From Raja brachyura (taxonomy: Eukaryota), in the NCBI GenBank assembly GCA_963514005.1, contig OY740795.1:6448001-6512000 (forward strand): 64,000 bases of DNA, given 5' to 3'. Made by a program: the position numbers and the translations under genes. Shown piece after piece: positions 24,360 through 35,500 of this stretch. The first letter of the stretch is position 1; every line of letters begins with the position of its first letter. Under the pieces are notes generated by a model. The model saw nothing but the letters and a program-made list of their open reading frames with translations, had not been told where the DNA came from and ran no database searches.

Positions 24360-24780
24360 GTGTTGTACCCACTCATTGCACCCACGCACACCCAGCTTTA
24401 CTCCCGACGTTGCATTCACCGGCACCCCGCGTTGCACCCACACACACCCGACGTTACTCCCGGCATTGCACCCACATACACCCGACGTTACTCCCGGCAT
24501 TGCACCCACACACACCCGACGTTACTCCAGGCGCTACACCCACCAACACTCAGCTTTACTCCCGGCGCTGCACCTACTCGCACCCTCTCGGCACCAGAAG
24601 TTACTCCAGACGATGCACTCTCTCGACACCTGAAGTTACTCCCGTAGTTGCACTTGCCCGTACCCGGCGTTATACTCCCCGCACCGGCGTTCTTGGCAGC
24701 GATACACTCCCCGCACCCGGCGTTATTGCCAGCGTTGTACTTCCCGCTCTCGATCCTGCAACCTCCCGCACCCGGCGTTA
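24360..24780. repeat. GC-rich minisatellite, ~34-bp unit CACCCGACGTTACTCCCGGCATTGCACCCACACA, degenerating outward
   Basis: Near-perfect units at ~24445-24530; the core GTTACTCC recurs to ~24740. Confidence 0.85.
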
Positions 24781-25340
24781 GCCCCAGCTCTGCACTCGCG
24801 CCGTTCTCAGTTTTCGCGCCATTTACCGGCGAGTCCAACGGTGCAACCGAGGGGTGCACTTGCGGCCGCTTCTGGTTTTTTGAAGTTCAATCTGAAGTTC
24901 ACCCCCACTTGCTGCGTGCACTGAAGCAACGACAATGGGGTGCAAAACTAATGTTCAAATCCTATACCTGACGCCGTGTGTTCCTCCGATACTGAAAATC
25001 AACTGGGCATTCCGAACCTTCCCCGTCTGTGAGTTGCGAATGGAAACTCCTCCGCGTTGCACCGGGGTGAGCGGGAGCGCGCACGGGCGAGAACAGCGTG
25101 GCGAGCTCCTCTATAATCTTTGGTGGCGACCGGCCGCGGTGGGGGGCACGCGCGATCCAGGCACCGAGGGGAGGGGTGAGCGAGGGAGAGAGCGCACGGA
25201 ATCCGGGGCGCACGTGCTGCGGACCACCAAAGGTGCGGACGATATGGAAGGGCGCGCTTAGCGCGGCGGTTGGTGGCACGTGCGCCCGCGGGTGAGGGGA
25301 GGGGAGGGGGGGGGAGCCGTCGCCGTGCCCGCGCAAAGCT
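24650..25340. promoter_or_regulatory. CpG-island-like HELLS promoter region with E2F site and CHR-like elements
   Basis: Dense CpG/GC. TTTTCGCGCC (E2F consensus TTTSSCGC) at 24811-24820; TTTGAA at 24879-24884 (+) and 24954-24959 (-). HELLS is a known E2F target. TSS not determinable. Confidence 0.65.
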
Positions 25341-25404
25341 AAAACAGTAATGGGGGAGGCTTTGCGAGGCTATAGGATCTTTGATGCGAAGGTAGGAACA
25401 TGAA

Positions 25405-25576
25405 CACACACCCCCACAGACAGACAGAGGAAGACAGACAGATAGGCACACAGACAGACAGAGACACACAAACAGGCGCACACACACAAATAGAGGCACA
25501 CATATAGGGGCACGTACACATACAGACAGACACATGCATACACAGACACAGTGACACACACACACACACACACACA
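25405..25576. repeat. Compound CA/GACA microsatellite
   Basis: Directly visible. Pure (CA)n also at 10941-10969. Confidence 0.85.
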
Positions 25577-26399
25577 AATGATTTGGATCATCTGTCAAAG
25601 TTTGGCTCAAGTCAGCATTGAAATAAAGGAATGCAGATCATGGTTAATGCACAAAAGGGCACACAGTGCTGGAGTAATTCAGCGGTTCAGTTATTTAATG
25701 TATTATGTGAACCAACGTACAGTGAAAAGTATTTTTGTTGCATGCTAGCCAAGTCAGCAGAAAGACTAAGTAATTAAAATTAGGCCGTCCACAGTGCACA
25801 GACACAGGATGATGGGAATAACGTTTAGTGCAAGGTAAACTCCAGTAAGGTTTGATGAAAGATAATCCGAGGATCTCCAATGAGGTTGATGGTTATGGTA
25901 GCTCAGGACCGCTGTCTAGTTGTGATTCAGTTGCCTGATGACAGCAGGGTCAGGAAACATCCATGGATGTTAAGATGGTCATATACAATAGTGGTAGGTG
26001 CACTAGAGCAGAACAGCCCCCTTCCACCTATATCCCCTTCTCTAGCTTCAAATTTCTGCCATCTCTTTCCTGTGCCCCACCCATGCCAAAACGCACCCAG
26101 TTCCCCCACAATCTCCCAACCCTCCCTCCCACTCTATTCCTTTCCCCTCTTTCGGACACACATCTCCCATCGCTGAATCCCTAATTTCTACTTTGTCCCC
26201 TCCCTTTCCCCTTCCACTTGCATCCCACCCTCCGGCTTTACATTTCACTCCTCTTCGCTCCTTATTGGACGCGTCTCCATTTCATCTCTGGCCTTTGTAC
26301 ACCCATCTGCCAACCAACCACCCGCCCCTCACCTCAACACACCTATCACTTGCCTGGCTTTGTCAAGTGTCCCTGATAGGACAATGAAATTCTTGCTTT

Positions 26400-28408
26400 G
26401 CATCAGCACACAGAACATGGAAGGCATTTACTACTAAACAGATCAGTGTGTCCATATACCATATATAAATATATTCAATTCAAGTTTAATGTCATTGCAC
26501 AAATACAAGTATAGGTACAACGAAATATACACACATTAATAAATAAACTAATAAAGTGCAAATAACAGATAATGGGTTTAAGAAACTCAACGGGCGCAGC
26601 AGCATCTAAGGAGCGAAGGAGATAAGCGACGTTTCGGGTCGAGACCCTTCTTCAGACTGGTGAAGGGTCTCGACCCGAAACGTCGCCTATCTCCTTCGCT
26701 CCTTAGATGCTGCTGCACCCGCTGAGTTTCTCCAGCTTTTTGTGTAACCCTCGATTCTCCAGCATCTGCAGTTCCTTCTTTAACACAGATAATGGGTTAT
26801 TAGTTATCAGAGTTTTGTCCGAGCCAGGTTTAATAGCCTGATGGCTGTGGGGAAGTAGCTGTTCCTGAACCTGGTTGTTGCAGTCTTCAGGCTCCTGTAC
26901 CTTCTACCTGAAGGTAGCAGGAAGATGAGTGTGTGGCCAGGATGAAGTGGGTCTTTGATGATACTGCCAGCTTTTTTGAGGCAGCAACTGTGGTAAATCC
27001 CCTCGATGGAAGGAAGGTCAGAGCCGATGATGGACTGGGCAGTGCTTACTACTTTTTGTAGTCTTTTCCTCTCCAGGGCGTTCAAGTTGACGAACCAAGC
27101 CACGATGCAACCGGTCAGCAAGCTCTCTACTGTGCACCTGTAGAAGTTAGAGAGAGTCCTCCTTGACAAACCAACTCTCCGTAATCTTCTCAGGAAGTAG
27201 AGGCGCTGGTGAGCTTTCTTGATAATTGCATCAGTGTTCTCGGACCAGGAGAGATCTTCACAGATGTGCACGCCCAGGAATTTGACGATCTTGACCCTTT
27301 CAACCATCGACCCGTTGATATAAACAGGACTGTGGGTCCCCATCCTACTCCTTCCAAAGTCCACAATCAGTTCCTTGGTTTTGCTGGTGTTGAGGGCCAG
27401 GTTATTGTGCTGGCACCATATGGACAGGTTGAGGGCCAGGTTATTGTGCTGGCACCATATGGACAGTTGCTCGATCTCTCTTCTGTACTCCGACTCATCC
27501 CCATCAGTGATACGTCCCACAACAGTGGTGTCGTCAGCAAACTTGATGATGGAGTTCGCACTGTGACCGACTATGCAGTCATGAGTATATAGAGAGAGTA
27601 CAGCAGGGGGCTGAGCAGGCAGCCTTGAGGTGCTCCCGTGCTGATTGTTATCGAGTCTGACACATTTCCATCAATACGAACAGACTGGTCTGTGAATGAG
27701 GAAGTCGAGGATCCAATTGCAGAGGGATGCGCAGAGACCCAGTTCTGTGAGTTTGGAAACCAGCTTGGAGGGAATGATAGTATTAAATGCCGAGCTGTAA
27801 TCGATGAATAACAGCCTGACATATGAGTTTTTGTTGTCCAAGTGGTCCAGAGTGGAGTGGAGAGCCAGCGTGATTGCATCCACCATTGATCTGTTGGTAC
27901 AGTAAGCGAACTGCAGTGGGTCAAGGTTTTTGTCAAGGTAGGAATTGATTTGCACCATGATCAACCTCTCAAAGCACTTCATCACCACAGGCATTAGTGC
28001 CACAGGTCGATAGTCATTGAGGCATGTCACCTTGCTCTTCTTGGGCACTGGTATAATTGATGCCTTTTTGAAGCAGGTGGGAACCTCAGACCTCAGAAGT
28101 GAGAGGTTGAAAATGTCCGTAAAAACTCCAGCCAGTTGGTCCGCACAGGTTTTTAGAACACGACCAGGTATACCATCAGGTCCAGGCGCCTTTTGAGGGT
28201 TCACCCCTCTGAAGGATTTCCTGACGTCGGCCTCTGTGACTGAGACTGAAATACCATCACAGCGAATGGCGGCTCGGGGAGGCACATCGGTGTTCTCCCT
28301 TTCAAAACGTGCGTAAAACGCATTGAGCTCTTCAGGGAGTGATGTTTCGCTGACATTCGAGCAACCTCCTGATTTCGCCTTGCCTGAAGAAGCAACCAGA
28401 AACGTCAC
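26400..28408 (-). mobile_element. 5'-truncated Rex1/Babar-type LINE (RT plus 3' UTR), frameshifted
   Basis: [77 protein letters not shown]; stop at 26807. Confidence 0.9.
26579..26784. mobile_element. Fold-back Penelope-derived insertion with back-to-back hammerhead cores and 14-bp TSD
   Basis: ACAGATAATGGGTT at 26565-26578 and 26785-26798; ~75-bp arms inverted around 26656. Confidence 0.82.
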
Positions 28409-28927
28409 CTGTTATTCCCTGTTGAGTTCCACCAGAAGTTTGTGTTGTAATATTGCTCAAACAGCCCTTTGTCTGCATTACCCTGATAAAAATAGTGGCT
28501 ATTCTGATCTCAAGAGTTTATTTAAATGTCATTCGAACCAACAATCGCATTCTTGCAGAAGCATAACAGGCTGGTAAACACAAAATGCTGGAATAACTCA
28601 GCGGGACAGGCAGCATCTCTGGAGAGAAGGAATGGGTGACGTTTCGGGTTGAGTCTGAAGAAGGGTCTGGACCCAAACCGTCACACATTCCAGCATTTTG
28701 TGCCTTGTCTTCAGTTTGAACCAGTACTGCAGTTCCTTCCTACACAGGCCTGTAAACACGATACACACGGGTATAATAATCAAAATAGCATGAAATTAAT
28801 TACCATAATTATACAAAAAATCGTTTGTGCAATCAAGACCGTCCATGGAAATTCATAGTTGAGGTAAGTGTTGTGCAGTTCGAGATCCTGATGGGTATTG
28901 GGAAGAAGCTGTTTGAACCAAGTCGAC

Positions 28928-29292
28928 ACTTAAGGGGTTGGACAGGCTAGATGCAGGAAGATTGTTCCCAATGTTGGGAAGGTCCAGGACAAGGGGTCAC
29001 AGCTTAAGGATAAGGGGGAAATCCTTTACGACCGAGATGAGAATGACTTTTTTCACACAGAGAGTGCAGAGTGTCTGGAACTCTCTGCCACAGAGGATAG
29101 TTGAGGCCAGTTCATTAGCTATATTTAAGAGGGAGTTAGATGGGGCCCTTGTGGCTAAGGGGATCAGAGGGTATGGAGAGAAGGCAGGTACGGGATACTG
29201 AGTTGGATGATCAGCCGTGATCATATTGAATGGCGGTGCAGGCTCGAAGGGCTGAATGGCCTACTCCTGCACCTAATTTCTATGTTTCTATG
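28928..29292 (+). mobile_element. CR1-type LINE 3' end
   Basis: RLDAGRLFPML...GYGEKAGTGY*, (TTTCTATG)n tail. Confidence 0.92.
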
Positions 29293-32200
29293 ACACGGTT
29301 TTCAGACACTATGCCTTCTTCCTGGTGGTATGAGTGAAATGGAAGCAGAGGCAGGGTGGTATGCCTTTGATGATATTGGCCGCTTTCTTGAAGCAGCACC
29401 TCTTTTAGATCCAATATGTCTCCATGAGTCTCCAGAAAGATCACAACCTGAAACCTCATCTACCCATGTTCTCCAGAAATGCTGCCTGACCTACTACGTT
29501 ACTCCAGCACTTCATGTCTTTTGTTCCTCCTGCAGATCCCTTTGGTGGTAGGGAGGTCAGTACCTGTGATGGACAGGAACACACAATAGAAAACAGAAAC
29601 CTGCAAATATGTATCTTAGTATTACCAAAATCAAATTACTCACCTGGATGTATAGCTATAGTTTTATAGGCACATAGGTATTCAGGGAATGGAGGGATAG
29701 TAGTACGAGTGTCAGTGGTTAGGGGGAGAAAACGGGAGAATAGTTCAGAGGAAAAGATGGATCAGGCATGATTGAATGGCGGAATATACTTGTTGGCCAC
29801 AATGGCCTAATTCTGCTCCTATGTTATGAATTTATATGGTTCACATCCATGGAGAGGGGATTATGTTTGATACCATTTTTGCCACCTTTCCATTTCTAGC
29901 CTTCATTCACCTATGTAGATCAGATTCAGATTCAATTTTAATTGTCATTGTCAGTGTACAGTACAGAGACAACGAAATGCATTTAGCATCTCCCTGGAAG
30001 AGCGACACAGCAAATGATTTGAATAAATAATAATAAGGGAATTATTGGTAATTCTAGCTATGTACCAACCCCTCCCCCCACTTGTATCCACTTATTATTT
30101 GCCAGGCCTTGTCCCGCCCCCACATCTTTTTTCTAGCTTTCTCCCTACTATAATAATCAGTATCACCTCCAGAGATACTGCCTCACCCACTGAGTTGCTC
30201 CAGCAGTTTATGTTCCAATTATTTTTTTTAATTGGTTTCCTTTTATTTTCTAATTTAATGTTTGAATGTCTGGTTGTTATGAACATTGGATCATGCTGGA
30301 ATATATGATTGCAAAAGAAAACAAGGTGGAATCTTAGTTCATTGTTGTTCCTGTTGCAGTTAGCTATCTGCTAGTGGTAAATATAAACCAATGATAGCTG
30401 TTGCTGTCACCAAATTGACAGAAGTGTTGAAACAAGGAACTGCAGATGCTGGTTTATGCAAAAGGACACAAAGTGCAGGAATAGCTCAGCAGGTCATGCA
30501 ACATCTCTGGAGAACATGGATAGGTGACGTTTAGGGTCAGGACCCTTCTTCGGACCGATTGTGGTGGGTGGGCAGATAAAGTTGGGACAGAAGTGAGCTA
30601 AGCTTTGTCCTATATCTCCTCTCTTCCAACTTTTCTCCCTCCCCTCAAACCTCCCCAATGTCTAGAGAAGGCTCCCTACTCGAAACATCACCTATCTAGA
30701 TTCCCCAAAGATGCTGTGTTACCCACTGAGCTACTCCCCCTTCTCGACAGAAATTTTATAGAAACATAGAAAATAGGTGCAGGAGGAGGCCATTCGGCCC
30801 TTCAAGCCAGCACAGTCATTTATTGTGATCATGACTGATCGTCCGCTATCAATAACCCGTGCTTGCCTTCTCCCCATATCCCTTGACTCCACTAGCCCCT
30901 AGAGCTCTATCCAACTCTCACATAAATCCATCCATTGATTTAGCTTCCACTGCTCTTTGTGGCAGGGAATTCCATAAATTCACAACTCTCTGGGTAAAAA
31001 AGTTTTTTCTCACCTCAGTCTTAAATGACCTCCCCTTTATTCTAAGAATTTTGTTACATTAAGTATCACATTGTGCATGAGGCTGCAGTGCTAATCTGGA
31101 ACCACTAGCAGACAGCAAAGTCATTGTAATTTGCACCACTCACCACATCATTTGGATTGGGGAATGCTGATTTCTCGCTGATTCGCATTGTATACATCCT
31201 AAAGCACCAAAGATAATAAAGTGCCTTCTGATCATTTATCATGGTTGATGAAATGAAATTGAAATTCAGCTCTGCAAACTTCCACAGACAACAATGTTAT
31301 AATGAGCACGTAAACTGACCTGATTAAGAAATCTTGATTGTGTGATTAAATATTGACCAGGATACTTGAGATAACACTCCAACTTGATGCAGTGCCTCAT
31401 TAGCCTGAAATGAGAGACACCTGAGTTCAATCCACCACCGTGAAGATAATTAATATGGATGGCAAAGACTAGAGGGTATGGTTTTAACGTGAGAAAGCCA
31501 AAGTTTAAAGGAGTTGTACAGGCAAGTTTTGTTTTACGCAGAGAGTGGTTGGAATGCACCACCATGGATTGTGGTGGAGGCAGATACAGTAGTGGTGTTT
31601 AAAGAGACTTTTGGATAGGCAATGAATATGGAAGGAGGTGGATCATTTGCAGAGGCGATTAGTTTAACTTGGCATTAAAAGCTGCATTGAAATTGTGGGA
31701 TAAAAGGCCTGTACCTCTACAAGAGCTTGGTGCTAGCTGGTCTCTGTTCAAAAATGAGTCACAGCTTCTCCTTAAACAAAGCAGATCTGTGGCACCTAAA
31801 CACAGTGGGATGCAGCAAACAGTCTGAAGAAGGGTCTCGACCCGAAACATCGCCTATCTCCTTCGCTCCTTAGATGCTGCTGCACCCGCTGAGTTTCTCC
31901 AGCTTTTTGTGTAACCCAACAGCATACAAATCGGTCTGGTGATCTGGACTAAGATGTGTGGAGTGTTAGTCTAGACATTGGAGTAAGGAGTTGTTGAATC
32001 ACTGGCAAGTTAATGTTCTAATGTATGGTAATTCTGCCTGATTTAGAACTTTTATTACTTTCTCAGGATTAGGTGTCTAGTGATAGGTGAATTACTTTGG
32101 GAGCAAGGTCTATTTTTGGGATGACACAAAGCAACACTGTCTGCAGAATACCATTTCAACATTAGCATGAACTGGAAGTCAAAATTACATTGAGTGTAAT

Positions 32201-34947
32201 AGGTAGCATTGCAGCTGTATAAAACTTCTGTTAGCCTGTGTTTGGAGTATTGTGTGATGTTTTGGTTGTCCCATTATAGAAAGGGTGTTGATGGTTTGGA
32301 GAGGTACAGAAAAGGCTCACGGGGATATACCCAAATTAGCTATAAGGCGAGTCATACAGTGTGGAATCGGGCCCTATGCCCCAACTTGTGCATAGCAACC
32401 AACACGTCCCATCTACACTTGTGCCACCTGCCTGCATTTGGCCCATATCCATCTAAACCTGTCAATCCATGCATCTGTCTAATTGTTCCTGCGCCTCTCC
32501 AAACCTTCAACATCCTTCTCAGAGGTTGAATAAACTTAAATTGTTTTCTCTGGAGCATCAGAGGCTGAGATGTACACCTGAGAGAAGTATATAAAATGAT
32601 GAGAAGCATGGATAGTCTTTTTCCAAAATGTCAAATATGAGAGAGCATGGCTTTATGGGGGGGGGAAATGTAAAGGCGATTCACAAGGCAAGTATTTTTT
32701 AATGCAGGGGATGAGGGGTCCTGGAATGTGTTGCCTGGGGAAGTGGTGGAAGCAGATATGATAGATACATGTGAGACAGGCAGGCGATGGTCCATAAGTT
32801 ATAGGAGCAGAAATAGGCCATTCTGCCTAGCAAGTCTACTCCACCATTCAATCATGGCTGATCTATCGTTCTTTCTCAACCCCATTCTCCTGCCTTCTCC
32901 CCACAACCCCTACCACCCTTGCTAATGAAGTATCTGTCAATCTCCATTTTTAAAATATCCATTGACCTGACCTCCACAGCCGTCAGTGGTAATAAATTCC
33001 ACAGATTCATCGTGCGCTCCATAAACAAATGGGATAAACCATGTTTGTGGAAATGGATAGGAAATATTTAGAGGGATATGGGCCAAACGCAGACAAGCGG
33101 ATCTAGTGTATATGAGGCATCTTGATCGGCATGGACAAGCTGAGTCAAAGGGCCTGTTTCTGTGTTGTGTGACTCCATGACTAAATGGGATTAGTTCAAA
33201 TTGGCATTGTGAACAGTATAGACATTGTGGACCAATGAGTCCAGTGTTCCTGTGGTGTACTGTTCTATACTTTGTGCAGTAAATTTTAACGTGACTGGGC
33301 AATAGTGACTGAATGCAGGGTCTGCTTATCACACCAGCCTCAATCTGTCTTCTTTACTGCCTGGAATTATTCTTTGAAAGCCCAATGGGCTCAATGTTAC
33401 TGCACTTTTCCATTGCTTCCCACTGGAGGTGAATCAGACAAACTGTTTGGGATTCTGGAATGTGTAAACAGATGTGTTCTGGGTGTGTGATGGATGAAGA
33501 TGATCAAGGAGCTAGAAATGTAGACTGAAGTCCTGTTTCACTGTTGATGCAATAGGAATTCTGAGTGAGAGTGCAAGTATTCTGTTTCAAGGCAACAATG
33601 TAAACACTCAGTGGGCGGAGAAGTATTCTGAAGGCCACTACAGGACTCTGTGGTAGGTGTGTGAGAGAAAAGGCAGATATCTTTTGTTACTTCCACGTTT
33701 TGGTCTTAGTTTAGAGATACCGAGTCCACGCCGACCATCGGATGACCCGTTTACACTAGTTCTACGTTATCTCATTTTTGTATCCACTTTCTAAGCACTA
33801 GGGGCAATTTGCAGAGGCCAATTAATTAACTAACCCGCATGCTTTTGTAATGTTGGAGGAAACCGGAACACCCAGCGGAAACCCTGGCGGTCATAGGGAG
33901 AATGTACAAACTCCGCATAGACAGCACCTGAGGTCAGGATTGCACTGGGTCTCTGGCCCTGTGAGGCAGCAACTTCTACCAGCTGGGGCTTACCTGGATC
34001 GGGAGCTGCTCCAGTATTTTGGACGTTGGGACTCTGGACTTCTGGAAATGGACAATTTACAGAAGTCAATCAACTGACAAACACACACGTCTTTGGGATG
34101 TGGGAGGAAACCAAAGCACCCGGAGGAAACCCACACGGTCACAGTTGAGAATGTGCAAATTTCATCCGGAGAGCATCAGAGGTCAGGATGAAACCTGGGT
34201 CTCTGGCCCCATGAGGCAGCAGCTCTATCAGCTGCACCACAGTCCTGTTTTATGAGATTACTGCCAATTAATTTTGTTTTATAATGAAACCCTTATCGGA
34301 CTTTGTGCTGATTATTACATTAGTAGCAAATAACGTATACCATAAATATTTAAAGAAAATTCCTGGAAGGTCAACTGCTCTGATAAGCATATCAGTCAAA
34401 AGATAAAGCAAAACTTTGAAATAAAAATTGTATCAAGGAGTCTTCATATTGAAGCAAATTGTGATTAAATCTATAGAAAAAGATAGTCAAGAGTTACAAT
34501 TGTTTCAAGTGATACTGGATTATACAAAAGCAAACAGCCCAGAGGTCAAATGTTAATTCCCTGACACGGGCTGGAAAAACACAATGTTGATATATTAAAT
34601 TCTGGCCAGACAGGAACACATGAACACAAAATCACCAGCTGGAATTTCCGACTAAAACTTTTTTCCCTCCTTTTTACAGATGCAGTGCCCTCTTTGATTA
34701 AGGTTTTGGCCTCAATAATACTTTGCATGGTTCAATGTCAAATTTTGTTTGGTCAGCCTCTCATGCGGTGCCTTGGGGATTTTACCACATGAACAGCACG
34801 ATTAAATACAAATAGTTTTTTACTCGGGGAGAGATAATCCTGAAAGGTTATGTCTAAATGAATAAATGCCCGCTCACATTAGTACATAAATTGGAAACTG
34901 AGGTCAGGATTAGCAAACATCCTGGACGCATACATCAAGCAGAATGC

Positions 34948-35170
34948 AAGGCCCTTTCCCACTTACCCGAGTTACTCACGAACTCTCCTGAGTTTTCCCC
35001 TTAATTCAAACTCGGGGAATTACGGTAATAGCCATTCATAGGTACTCGGGGCTATTTTTTTTACCAGTGGACATTTTTCAACATGTTGAAATATTAAATT
35101 CTCCAAGTTTGAATCAAGGGGAAAACTCGGGAGACTTCGTGAGTAACTCGGGAAAGTGGGACAGGGTCTT
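34948..35170. mobile_element. Non-autonomous DNA transposon (MITE) with ~70-bp TIRs, PIF/Harbinger-like termini
   Basis: Left GGCCCTTTCCCACTTACCCGAGTTACTCACGAA...TTCAAACTCGGGGAAT is the inverted repeat of right ATTCTCCAAGTTTGAA...GTAACTCGGGAAAGTGGGACAGGGTC, followed by TTAA. Confidence 0.82.
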
Positions 35171-35273
35171 AACTCCGGAGAGTGCATTTACTGAAGCATT
35201 TGATTTTCATTGGAAGCCTGTGGGCATCAAAATCAAGCTGTCAAGTTAGTAGGCAAACTACAGTACATTCATT

Positions 35274-35500
35274 CTATCTGGGAGACGAGTTAATGTGAGC
35301 CATGACCAGCCTATCAAAGCACTTCTTGATGGTGGACATCAGAGCTGCTGGATAGTAGCCATTTAGATGCACTACCTTGGTCTTCTTTGGCACTGGAATA
35401 ATAGTGGTCTCCTGAAAGCAGGTGGGAACCTCAGAATGAAGTTGGGAGAGTTTAAAGATGTATGTAAATACTCCTGTCAGCAAGCCCTGTCAAGGATGAT
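35274..35500 (-). mobile_element. Rex/Babar LINE RT fragment
   Basis: SEVPTCFQETTIIPVPKK...CFDRLVMAHINS, homologous to the 27671-28408 ORF. Confidence 0.8.

Noticed and set aside
24360-24780. CRISPR-like periodic repeat
   Set aside because: Units are contiguous without unique spacers, the context is eukaryotic, and there are no cas genes.
24145-24971. Several overlapping 100-170 aa ORFs
   Set aside because: Low-complexity translations of the GC-rich minisatellite.
24999-25610. 203-aa Cys/Val-rich ORF
   Set aside because: Translation of a (TG)n microsatellite plus CpG-island sequence.
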